The notes under the pieces: generated by a model | Told to the model about the DNA's origin: nothing | Database searches by the model: none | The model's input: only the letters and a program-made list of their open reading frames with translations | In this document: piece after piece, positions 12,116 to 28,406 of the stretch | Numbering within the stretch: position 1 is the stretch's first letter | Layout: the number at the start of each line of letters is the position of its first letter | Program-made: the position numbers and the translations under genes | Assembly: GCA_002189035.1 (NCBI GenBank) | Contig: CM007992.1 | Coordinates: 1,674,001 to 1,738,000 of the forward strand | Source: Utricularia gibba | Taxonomy: Eukaryota; Plantae; Magnoliophyta | DNA length: 64,000 nt | Reading direction: 5' to 3'

Positions 12116-15100
12116 TGATGGTGATTCTGCAAGTGTACAGAAACCGTCGAAGTAATAAAATAAGATCGTATCCACAGGGAATTGTTATTGGAATTTTCTT
12201 TTCAAACAAAGACTAAAAAAGACTGAAAACAAAAGAAAGATTTGATTTTGAAAACACTAAGAAAAGTGGCATTGGATCTAAGATCCACTTTGCTTAAAAC
12301 TCGTCCTTGCGTGTGTACAAACCTTGAGAACTGACTTACTTGCGCAAGCTTAGGGGTGTTATGCTAAAGTAGTGCTACTCGATGACCGTTATAGCACCGT
12401 CTCTTGTTTTGTGGGATTATAGAATCAACCACGCCACCAAAGTCATTTCATCTCTTGTGATAACCCATGTTTTCCCCACACCCAAATCTAACCCCTACAC
12501 CTCTCACCTCGTAGACAGATTAGACAGAATGTGTCTTACCAACGATGTTCAATTGAGTCCTTTTCTTTAGGTGCTTGAGGCCAACCTTTGATTCTCCCAC
12601 ACTCCCTTAAGGTTATATGGTACTAAAGATCACATTGGTAAAGAAAACGTTGCGAAAAGCAGAATCAGACCTCAAATTAAATACTGAAAAACATAGTAAG
12701 ACAGTCACACGCGCAGAACTTGCGCAAGCAAGGCTTCATAGCAGATCCTCAGCTGCAAAAGCCTACATGCGCATGCTTGACTCTAAACATCAAAAGTTGA
12801 TGAAAAACGAAGGGAAAGGAATCCAAAAATAACATGCTAGACTCGACTCTAAGCCCTAAATTGACTCTCTGATCGTCGACTATTGACTCTCCTTTAGGTC
12901 TTCGCGTTTGGATCTTTTTATAATGGTGGGGATTTGTCGGGCTTTCTTGATGGGCTCTCATCAAATTTTCTATCCGGATCTTCTAAGATTTTATACAAAT
13001 CTTCTAGAATAAGGTCCAAATTTTCTAAAATAAGATGCGAATCTTATCTTATCCAAGAGTCTTTGACCGAGTCTTCATCCAGATAGACCAAATATTTGCC
13101 TCCATCAAGATCAACTCGAAAATCCTTCAAATTATTCCAAATTCGTCCGGAAAAATCACAAAAACACTTTTCCTCTAAAAAGATCAAAGTGGTATGAAAG
13201 ATATAAAATTCTTCTAGAAACATAAGGAAAGTAGAATAAAAAGAATGCAAAAATCATCTAAATGAGTCCTAAAAAACACTAATATAGGTGACACAAAATC
13301 ACTTATCAATTCCCCCACACTTAAATGTTTGCTTGTCCTCAAGCAATTGTTCAAGACATTTTCCATCAAAATAGTAGCTTGCAAATAGAGTTAAGGCAAC
13401 AATATGCATTAGTTATTCAATGGCATACCATACACTAGCCCCCCTTGCACGTAGCTACTCCTCATAGGTGTCACTCAATACGCTCAAGAAGAGAAATCCA
13501 TAAGAGGAGGGTAAAATGAAAAAGGTTCGCTCAATACGTGAATGTAGGCGAGTCAGTAAACTTGCGCAAGTGATCTACTGGTTTCAACAAGCTTGCGCAA
13601 TCATGAGGTCTTTTTCTCGGGTTGTAGCGCGATAGGAGCTTGAGACAGGTGGGAAATTCAGCTGGAGGCTCCATTTCATGAGTAATAAAGAGTGAGCATC
13701 CATCAAACAGTTTTGCTATGCTTGTCCTTTGATTTTCGTGCTCCAAGAAACCCCTCTTTCAGTTTTGTGGCTGTTCCAACCTTTCATCTTCTTCTTCTTT
13801 GTTTTATTTTTTTTTTCTTCTTTTTCTTTTTTTTATTCTTTTTTTCAAACATCTCTCTTTTGGACAGGATGTTGTTGAAAATCCCTTCATAAGTGATTGA
13901 GATAGAGCTTGATGAATGAGTTGAAAATTGCTCTCAACTTTTCTTCTTTTGTAATAGAGCTCCTTGTCGTGCAACTTGTGCAAGCAAATGAACAGAACTA
14001 TTCTCTAGATGCTCATTCCTTGGGTCAAGAGAAATTGCAGTAGGCTGTAATTGTAAAAAAAAAGAGTTGGCTTCTGATGTGGTGAATCAAATAATAGGTT
14101 TCAGGCCAAGCAGGGCTCACTAAGTGGATTCAAGGTGGGATATTGGGATAAAACAAGGCAATTCCTAATGCCTCAATTGAGTACCAAGTTGCACTCAATA
14201 CACCTCTCCAAAATGATGCCTAAGTTCTGCAAACATGAATCGAAATAAGTCCTATAAACAGATATATCATCCATAAATACCTCCATGATCTTCTCCACAT
14301 GTTCTAAAAAAATGGCTGTCATGCAACGTTGAAAAGTTCCAGGAGCATTGCATAAACCGAATGGTATTCTCTTGTATGCAAAAGTGCCAAAAGGACAAGT
14401 AAATGTGGTCTTGTGTTGATCTTCCGGATGGATTGGAATCTGAAAATATCCGGAATAACTATCAAGGTAATAATAGAAAGCTTGGTTATTTAACCTTTCC
14501 AGAATTTGATCAATAAAAGGCAATGGGTAATGATCCTTTCTGATGACATCATTGAGTTTCCGAAAATCAATACACATCCTCCAGCCAGTGACCTTGCACA
14601 AGGGGATGAGGTCTCCCTTCTCGTTTTGAGTCATTGTCATGCCTCCTTTCTTTGGTACGCAGTGCACTGGGCTAACCCATTGACTATCTGAAATAGAGTA
14701 GATGATATCATCATCCAACAATTTCAAAATTTCGTTTTTCATCACCTCCTTTGGCATCGGATTCGCCCGCCTTTGTGGTTGCACAATTGGTCTCACCTCA
14801 GCTTCCAAATAAATCTGATGACTGCAGAATTGATGGTCAAGCCCTTTCAAGTCATCCAAGGTGTACTCAATGGCTTGTCTGTGTTTGCGCAAGACATCCA
14901 GCAGCATTTGGGTGTGGTATTCATTCAATCCTGCGTTAACAATCACGAGGTAAGTGTGATCATCCTCAAGAAATTCGTACCTCAATGATGGTGACAGCTT
15001 CTTCAACTCAATTTTTCCTCCAGCATCAAGTTCCTTCTTTGTTAGCCAAGCCATCATTGGTGTGTCATTTGGAGTGTCTTCTTTTTTATCCTTCATAAGA

Positions 15101-16990
15101 TTTACTTCCTGAATTTCTTGTAGAAAAACTGCTTGTGCATGCTCTTGCGTAACAGCATCTTCCGCTCCCCCTTGCACAAGCTCGTCGCAGTCAAATCACT
15201 TCATTGCTTGATCAACATTGAACTCCAATTCCTCTTCCCTGAATTTGAGTGTCAATTAAGGCTCCTGTGATGGCCATAAAGGGTCTCCCAAAAATGATTG
15301 GCACTTCCACGTCAAGTACCATATCCAAAACAACAAAATCACAAGGAACAAAATTTTTTCCAATTTTTACCGGTACGTTTTCTACCACTCTTTCAGGATT
15401 CTTCATGGATTTATCAACAAATACCAGTTGAATTTTCGTGGTTCTCAGCTCCTCAAGATTCAGTGCTTTGAATAAGAAGTAATATCAAGCTGATACTTGA
15501 CCCAAGATCATATAAGCACTTCTTAAAATTGCTTCTTCCAATGATACAAGGGACTGAAAAAATTCTTGGATCTGCATGCTTTTGAATCAGCCCTTGTGTA
15601 AGAACCGTGCTGCATTGCTTGGATAATTAAATAACACCATCATTTTCAATCTTCCTTCGATTGGCCAAAATATCCTTCAAGAATTTTGCATAAGTGGGCA
15701 TTTGCAACATCACATCAGTGAATGGGATGTTCACATGAAGAGTTTTCAGCATCTCTAGAAACTTGGAATATTGTTGATCCACTGATGACTTGGCATGTCT
15801 ATGTGGATAAGGGATTGGAGGATTATAATAAGGTGGAGACATGTACACGGGAACATCCAGCAATTTGTCTGCTTGCGCAGGGGCTGCTGTTGTTGTACTC
15901 TGCATCCCACTCCTCGTTGCCACAGCTTTGCATTTAATAGGATTTTTCTCTGGTTAACTTGGGAGTCTCGAAGCCTTGTGGGTTTGAGCAGCATTATTCA
16001 TCCGACTTTCCAAGATGCGAGTAGTCATGCTGAGTTGCTTCACACGCTCACTTATCTCACTCACCTTTTTCAGCTTCTCCATCACTTCTTTATTCACTCC
16101 TTGCTTTTCTATGAATTGACCAAGCATATCTCGTAAGAATGGGTGTTGGGGTTGCTGCTGGTTCTGATTCTCGTTTTGGAAAGTGTTGCCTCGATTTCCC
16201 CAATTGTTCCCTTGCGTAGGCACAGATGCTCCTTGTGCAAATTTTTTGAAAATTCACAAAATTAACATTCGTACCTTCCTCTTCTGCCTCACTCTCTGTC
16301 TTTTCTGAGGCTGCTTGGACTTGAGCAATGATAGGTTGGAGTTTGCTGATTTTATCATATAATTTTTGCAATGTTTCGGTAATCTTTGAAACGGTATTGT
16401 CACGTGGGTTGTCCCGAACTCCAGTTTTTGAGTTCCTTGCTGGTTGAGACCATCGTGCCTACCGTTTTGCAAACTCATCAATTAGTTCCCAAGCTCTTCT
16501 AGGACTTACCTGGTCCAGGGTTCAACACCCGCATTCAACAGTCCCTTTGCTTGCGAAGTCAATCCATCATGAAAGCACATGATCATAGCAGTGGGGCTGA
16601 GTCCACGCTTGTCCATGACTCGTGTAATTTCCTTAAATCTCTCGCAAGCTGCTGCTATTCCTTCTCCTTCATCCTGTGAAAAATTGGTGATCTTAAAGCT
16701 GGTGTTAGAGTACTTTGTGGGTTCAAAATATTTGTCCAAAAATGCATCCTCCAATTCTTCCCACGTATAAATAGAGTTGGGTGTCAAAGAGTCTAATCAT
16801 CGCCTTGCTGACCCCCATAACGATCAATGAAGGCTTTGTCAAAATGGGCTTTGTTGTACCATGGTGATCAATGAAGGCTGGAGTTGGAATCTTCGCACGT
16901 TAATGGCTGGTGCAGCAATGGGTCCGGGTTTCCTCGTGTGTCGAAAGTTATCACCTAAAGAGACTTCATTCCAAGGATGAACAACAAATC
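12116..16990 (-). mobile_element. Ty3/Athila-like LTR retrotransposon, non-autonomous: gag-PR-RT present, RNase H/integrase and 5' LTR absent
   Basis: 3' LTR 12116-13308 (TGATAAGTG...CACCATCA, family A); PPT TTGAGGACAAGCAAACATTTAAGTGTGGGGGAAT at ~13309-13345; RT ORF 14173-15177 (SQWVSPVHCVPKKGG, WRMCIDFRKLN, KDHYPLPFIDQILERL, PFGLCNAPGTFQRCM, VFMDDISV); protease DLGSSISL ~15490-15520; gag PPIPYP...FLEMLKTLHVNIPF (15627-15923), TWEELEDAFLDKYFEP (16506-16787), IAAPAINVRRFQLQPSLITMVQQ (~16850-16930). Confidence 0.92.
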
Positions 16991-17019
16991 TGTTAGCAGC
17001 CTGCTCCCTGCTAAATGAT

Positions 17020-17611
17020 TTAATTAATTAAATTCATTATTATAACCTTGATTGAAGAAGCCTATAGGGTACACATAATAGTGAAGTTACTCCTCGATAT
17101 AAAATAGAATAACACAATTACATGAGATGTAATTAGTAAAGTTGATAAATTAAATAAAAAGTTATTTTGAGATTAATATTGATTAAACTCAAAATAAAAG
17201 ATTTGACAAAGATAAGATTTGAAACATATATATCTTCACAAAATAAGATCTTTGTGGAAATTTGATTAGATATATTACCAAATATCTATAAAAAAAGTTT
17301 GATCCGCAGAGATTCCCATATCTTCATTCTCTTTAAGATTTATTTGAAAGGGGCGACTTTCTCTACTAGCATTTGAGGAGATCGACCATCATTTTGCTAT
17401 TTTGATAAGGTTATCGATGGAGTGCTTCATGTGTGTATACCGAGAGGCCGTCTACCATTGACGGTTGGTGAACAACAGAGTGCATTGAAAAGTATTGTTA
17501 ATATCTCTTTATCTAACGTATACCATATTCTAGGATTTGCGTTTGAGGTTTCTCTAAAATTTTTAAATTTCATTGCTTTTGTGACATGCGATGTCTACAA
17601 GAAACCTAACA
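17020..17611 (+). mobile_element. Ty1/Angela-lineage LTR 3' part
   Basis: 17330-17611 is the reverse complement homologue of 48323-48600 (ggcgactttctctactagcatttgagg / ggcgattttctctactagcatctgagg; ends gaaacctaaca / gaaaaccaaca). Confidence 0.7.
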
Positions 17612-17799
17612 CTAATTCACATACAATCATATGAAAAATATTAGCATAATGAATTAGGGTAGAACATAAGTAGCTAGATGCTTGCTATGTGAAAGTAGAG
17701 ATGAAAGTTTGGCCGGGCCGGGCTAGCCCAACCCTATTTCAGAGGGCCTCACCAACTTTCGGGCTAGGGTCGGACTAAAGCCCGATCACATAAAAATAA

Positions 17800-20603
17800 G
17801 AGCCTGTTTGGAACTGCTTCTAAAATTAACTTAAAAAAAAGTGATTCTGTAAAAGTGCTTTTTTTGAAGCAATTTCTATTTGGTCCATCAACTCCAAACA
17901 GATAGAAACAAAACGTGTTTGGTGTAATTTGCTTCATATGAAGTTTTTTTTGTATTGATATTACTAATATACCCTTTATGAATTTTTTTTCAACTACTCT
18001 CTTAAATTCATACCTACCCCTACTATTACATACACTTGTTTTGCATCTTCTTGATTTCTTTTGTTCATGAACGACAATACACATCCATGGCTTTTGAGAT
18101 GGAGTATTCATTGTCTCCTTTGAAGTCATACACAGATGATGATCAATTTTCAAGAAGAAATAAAGAAGTTTCAAAAATGGTGGTTAGTGTTGTATCTTTG
18201 ATTGGTAGTTATTATGCTAATCGGGTGCATAAATTTCCATGTAAGAATAAAAAGTTTACGGGTGCAGAATTGTTGAAGGAGATGTTAGAAGGCAATCCAA
18301 TTAGGTGTTATGATAAGTTAAGGATGAAAACTCATGTTTTTTATCAACTTTGTGAATTATTGAGTCTTATGGGTTGAAACCTATTGGGGGTGTTTGGTGT
18401 CATTCGGGAACAACTTGCTCATGTGGGTGCCTCGGGAGGGTGTTTGTGAGTCTGCAACCAAATTCCAGGCACTCAGCTTTGCTCATGTGGGTGCCTGGAA
18501 CCGAATATATCCAAACGTTTCGGTACGAACCGCGGTTCTGGTTCGAACCGAACCCACCTCTACCCATGTGTATCTTGTATTAATACTACCTATGAAATAA
18601 GTAATTTGGTAGAAATCCAATACATGGACATAGGTTATGCATAAACCACACCTGTGTGTATCCCATCCCTCATTAATGACACCTAGGAAATAAATAATGT
18701 GGTAGGAGTACAACACATTTGTGTATTGGACTCCTACCAAATTAGTTATTTCGTAGGTAGCATTAATATAAAATAATTTAATACATGAATTTAAATACAT
18801 AAATCAAAGTTTATGTTGAACGTTGTTTTTTTATTGTAAAACAGATTAATAAAACAAAAATTAATATTAAAAAAAATTCAATTTATGTGGTTATTCGAGA
18901 ATGAAATATATGTTGTATATTATTCACATAAAAATAAATCATTAAATTTTGATATAGACATATATTAGATTCACTTGTTTCTTAAACTGTAACTCAATAG
19001 ATTTATATGCTAAAATAGAATAACAAAAATTTAGAAAATATGATAACATCCAACTCATTATTTTGTCTTCAATACAACAACCTCAAATCTAAATGAAATA
19101 GACAATATCAAGATAATCTACTTTTGCAAATAACACCAACTTTATGGGACATTCTTCCCCATTTTGTGGCAATGAATTTGATAATCATATTTGAGATAAG
19201 CTACTCTTGCATCATCATTTTTTGCCAATAACCAAAGATTGCGCTTGGTTTTTGATGCAAACATCGCCATGGTATGTACATATATCTCATCACCAAATGT
19301 TATGCCACTGCAGTTGTCCAAAAAGTCCAAACAAATTTTTATTTCAGCCTTCTCATGGTCTACAAGACACTGCTCCCGTGAAGGTCCAACAACTTTTGCC
19401 ACCTTTTCCAATGTCTGAGCAATTATGTTGCTGTCATTTGTCCTAGCACGCTTTCTTGTGCTTGCTAGTGCTTTTCGCACCGGTGTTCGTATGCTCGATT
19501 GACTACCCTGTTGATTGGAAGTACAACCATATGGAGAGTTCTGAACTTGTGTAGCGACTTCATAGCCTTCAATATTATCTTGAATGTCATTTGCATCTTC
19601 AAAAGAAGGCGATGAGTGTTGTCCACCTGTCGAATAATGCACTGATTCTTCTGTGACTAATATATTGCTAAACATTACCTCTAGCTCTTCTAGCAAAATT
19701 AGTATTGCATTCTTATAATAACTTTGTTATCCTACAAGTATATAATATCACTTATGATGAAACATTGCAAAAACATAAAAAAACAAGCATTTGTATCATA
19801 AAAAATAGAATCTTGAAATAAATATAATGTACCTTTAAGTAGTCACTCCACCAGGAATCAGACATATCTACAACACCATTAGGCTTAAATCCAATTCCGG
19901 TTTGCTTCATCAATTTAACCCATGCATCCCAAGCTTTTTTCATTTTATCCCATTTGTTTTTCAATTGAGCTCGAGAATAATTCTTACCTGTCAAAGAATT
20001 AAAATTTCTAACCACATTCTCCCATCCCAATCTGTTGAAGTGGCTATTCGGTTTATTTCCCGCATGAACCTCTATCGTACAAACTCGAATAAAGGTCTCT
20101 ACTAGGTTAGGATCAACCCATCTCGCTTGTGAGCTATCTCCTCCTTCCATATATCTACAGAAAATGGTGAAATAATGAAGGATAAAAAATGCAACAAAAA
20201 CTAAAGAAGATGTGGGCAACTGAAGCAAATGAAATAACGAAAACTGAAGAAGATCTATTTCATTCGAATGAGATCTGAAGATAGAGACCAAATTTGGAGG
20301 AATCGCACCTACTTTTCACGCTGCGTTCGAGTGAGAATAGTTGTAATTTTGAAGCGACAACTTCAACCCTAGATGAAGCGGAGGGGTAATTTATTGAAAT
20401 TTTAAAATGAAGTGAGGGTAAAATAAGTATATATATTTAAGAAGTGCTTCAATTTTTATTGAAACAGCGGTCCCTCAGCTTCTCAAAAAAAGTGGAGCGC
20501 TTCACTGCTCCAACTCCAAGTGGAGCAGAAGTAGCACGTGTTTTGTCCGGGAATCACTTCTAAAAGCGATTTTTTTGAAGGTGAAGCTGCACCAAACAGA
20601 ACT
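17800..20603. mobile_element. PIF/Harbinger element with internally deleted transposase and Myb/SANT ORF1
   Basis: TSD TAA at 17797-17799 and 20604-20606; termini GAGCCTGTTTGG / CCAAACAGAACT (Tourist/PIF type). Transposase N-terminus on + at ~18085-18377 (FTGAELLKEMLEGNPIRCYDKLRMKTHVFYQLCELL) with no DDE region following; ORF1 on -. Confidence 0.88.
19142..20150 (-). CDS. PIF/Harbinger ORF1 Myb/SANT-like DNA-binding protein (two exons, one -1 slip at start of exon 2)
   Basis: Exon 1 19833-20150: MEGGDSSQARWVDPNLVETFIRVCTIEV...GWENVVRNFNSLTGKNYSRAQLKNKWDKMKKAWDAW...SDSWW (Myb_DNA-bind_3 pattern), donor AAG|GTACAT; acceptor TTGTAG| at 19731; 35 nt separate acceptor from the open frame LLEELEVMFS (19142-19696). 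Confidence 0.75.
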
Positions 20604-22516
20604 TAAGATTAACGTGGCCCTAGCCCAATTATGCATAGGGTTGGGCTGGCTCCACTCGGTCCATATACTTACCATATAATAAATAAAAAATTTTAAAAAA
20701 TTATTAAACATTAATATACATTTTTATATTATTTAAATAATTTATAGAAAACAATTTAAAATTATTATATAAATTATTATTTCATATTATTTATATTTAA
20801 AATAAAATAGTATATATAAAATAAACTTAAATTATTTAAAATAAAAATAATTATAGTTATTATAAATAAAAATTGTATTTTTAAATTGGCCCTAGGCCCG
20901 TCAGGCTTTAAGGCCCGAAGCCCAATCGGCCCTAAGGGCTTAGGGCTTTGGGCCAAAAAACCCAACAATCTTTCGGTTCATCAATGTATAGGCCCTAGCT
21001 TGATATTTTTTAAGGCCGGGCCGGGCCGGCCCCCGGCTTGGGCTTTAACTTTAATCTCTATGTGAAAGTCAATGCATTCAAATTTTGTCATAATTAATAG
21101 ATTTAGTCTAAACTAAAATTAAAGCAATTCGACGATAATGTACAGAAAGATAGTAAATGGATAAAAGCATATATTTATGTAAAATAAAATAAGGTGATAC
21201 CTTGGGCACTCAAGGGTAGCATACTAATCACTACAACTGTCCAACTCAAACATAAAATCATTTATTTGACAAGCAAAGTTTCAAGTATACCCAAACTTTT
21301 GTTTTTTCCTAATTATTGGTCTACCTTTAATTAGGGCTGTTTATGATGAAAACCACTACCTCCCCCTCTTGGATTTATTCCGGTTTGTTAAGGAAGTAGA
21401 GTGATTAAATAATATTGTGATCTAGTGAACAATAAGAATGCTCATCTCCCTTTGTACCAAAACACCTCCAAATGCCTAGCCACTCATAATAACGGAAATG
21501 AAAACACTTTAATGACATTTCATAAACATCATCTTGGTTCTAAAGTTCAACAACAACATAAAACGCATAACAAAAACATAAACAATAAATAGTTCTTGCA
21601 GAAAAGCTAAAACAACTCCTAGATAATAATAGTCTTTCATAAGTAGAAGAAAGCTTTAAAAGATGGCTTAGATCATGGTTTCATCTTCTTCATCCTTCAT
21701 GGTTCTATTATTCCCTTCTATACGATCTCCCTCCCAATATTGTTTTCGTGTTCTTCAATAGGGGTTAGTATTCTCTTTATTCTTTATTACAAAAATCTAC
21801 TTTTTTTCTTCACATTAGGATTTGGTGTACTTTTTTCAGCTTTAATCAGATTTTCATGATACCTCCACTATTTACTTTTCGACTTTTTGGAATTTGAGCT
21901 TTTAAAACATGGTACATTACACAAGAAATTGATTAGAATTGAGATTGTGACTAAATTTTGATTTAGCCCCAATTAAAAATAAAAGATGAATATTATGCTA
22001 ATAATCATAAAAATATATAAATATATAATATAATTAGAGTTTTATAATAAAATATTAATTATTTTCTTATCTTAAAATACTAAAAAATATGTGTTATTAT
22101 TTGCTCAATTGACTTTTCCATTTGTGTAAATAATCCCTCAATCATTATAGAAGATTTTGATATGTTGTAAAACATAGACTATGAACATGATCAGTCTTCT
22201 ATCCACCATGGATTCAAGTTGCGTATAAGAAAATCTCTTATCATATTCCAACATTATTTTCTATCAATTTTAGATGAAAATATACGAAAAAAAAATCATA
22301 AAAATGTATACAAATATAATATTAATAATTTTTTAATAAAAATATATTAGTTATTAATATAAATCCTAATTAGGTAACATGATTCTATATTAATAACTAA
22401 TAATACATAATAAATGTATAGAAAATGACATTTAACAAATTTATACCCAACTTAACAACGTCATAGCGAGACTGCTGTTCTGTTACTCAACTGGCTCAAA
22501 AGCTTCCCCAGATCCC

Positions 22517-24356
<1,840 letters not shown>

Positions 24357-24714
24357 TTGATCAGACTCAAATGGTCGAGAATAAATATTTACATCACATT
24401 TGGTCACATTTGGTTACTGCATTGGAGTCCATATTGAAAAGAACCGAGTGTTTAACTGTACCGTGTGCCAGAATGTGATTTACTAGTAATCTTGAGATCC
24501 ATTTTGCAGCCACATGATCAAAGGGAAAAGAATTGATGCGCCTCTTCATTGATGGCTTGGCCAAACTGAAATGCTCGTGGCATGATCAATTCGTCAAAAA
24601 CTCTTGTACATTTAAAGGTTTACACATGAATTTTGTTTTGAAAGCAACAAAGATTGATTCCTCATACAATTTGTGCACCAGCACAGCCCACTCCCCCCAG
24701 CCTGTATTTCAGTG

Positions 24715-27377
<2,663 letters not shown>

Positions 27378-28406
27378 ACGGACGCCGGGTATGGACAACT
27401 CTGGAGACAGAAACTTTACACGATGATTGACCACAACAGACCTGCCTCAGCTGTAGAGCAGCAGCCGATCGAATAAAAGTTCTCCCTTGTCCTCGCAACA
27501 AACCCAAAATCCCGTGAAACAAAAACCCACTTGGCAGGATGTCTCGCAATTAGCAGGACCAGTAGCAGCTACATCGATAGGCAATACCTATACTAAACTA
27601 AGCCCACACCGGCGGTCTCAGGGGAATAGTAAAAGAATCAAGAATGGAACTTCGTGGAAACTCCCAAAGGGAATAGTGAAAATGCTTGCTGGGTGGATTC
27701 AAGTTAAAATTTTCTTGGACCTTCGAGGAAGCCACCACCAACCTCCGTTGGTTTGGTCAAATTCTTCTACACGCACGATTCAAATATAAACTGCTAGCAA
27801 ACTGTAATAAATTACACTAAGACAATGCTTTGTTCAGTAACTCCACTTGGTTTATTCAAGGGCCACACGTCTTCTGGTTCTTGCCTTCAAAATTACAGAA
27901 GAGACTCTGATTTGCTCCTTTGATGCATCCTTTTTCTTTTATTCGTTCCCATGTTCGAGCCAACGTGTGTCCTAATGCAAAGCCTCCGAAATTCATCAAC
28001 AAGTATGTCAGTCTATATAACAGGAACTGGGAGGTGATGTCCTGTACGGTATTTGCAGCAATTTTTTGAGGGAGGACAGAAAGACGTACGCTCGATAAGA
28101 AAGTCATGCAAAGGATGGACTGAATTATGTGGAGGTGTGAATGAAAATGTCGTAAGAAGACCGTGTGAGGCAAAATGCGCCAGCCATGTGAGCTTCTCCA
28201 ATGCTGTCTTTTTTATGTTTCTCAGTAGCTGGCTAAGCATCTTGACTTTTCATCTCAGGCATTTTCTTCCTTCTTTCCTGACAGCAGTCATGCTTCCTTC
28301 CTCCTTCCTTCATGTAACTGACAAAGGTCATTACTTTTAAGAGCAATGTCCATAGCAGTTTCTCATTTGGAGCCTCTTCCACGATTCTCTGACTTCTCTC
28401 AAACTA
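27378..28406. promoter_or_regulatory. Shared divergent upstream region of BSK1 and the LRR-RLK, with two W-box cores
   Basis: 1029 nt between opposing ATGs; TTGACC 27427-27432 and TTGACT 28242-28247. Function not demonstrable from sequence. Confidence 0.5.

Larger units (their letters stand above)
17696..21060. mobile_element. Non-autonomous hAT element with Ac-like TIRs and 8-bp TSD (carries a nested PIF element)
   Basis: TIRs TAGAGATGAAAGTT (17696) / AACTTTAATCTCTA (21047-21060), 13/14 complementary and similar to the Ac TIR TAGGGATGAAA; perfect TSD TGTGAAAG at 17688-17695 and 21061-21068; GGCCGG/GGCCC subterminal repeats at both ends. Confidence 0.92.
17612..22099 (-). mobile_element. Athila-type LTR (family B) split by a hAT insertion; pieces 17612-17695 and 21061-22099
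   Basis: ttgctatgtgaaag|tcaatgca across the hAT junction matches ttgctatgtgaaggtcaatgca at ~35785 in the intact family-B solo LTR; ends aaaaatatgtgttatta at 22099 like aaaaatatgtgttatca at 36821. Confidence 0.75.

Noticed and set aside
12382-12570. ~60-codon antisense ORF (MTVIAPSLVLWDY...) recurring at 12382, 43910 and 63234
   Set aside because: All three lie in copies of the same LTR; similarity is explained by shared ancestry, and one copy starts GTG.
18386-18520. Tourist-like MITE start GGGGGTGTTTGG inside the PIF element
   Set aside because: No matching right TIR or TSD found, so not listed as a separate element.
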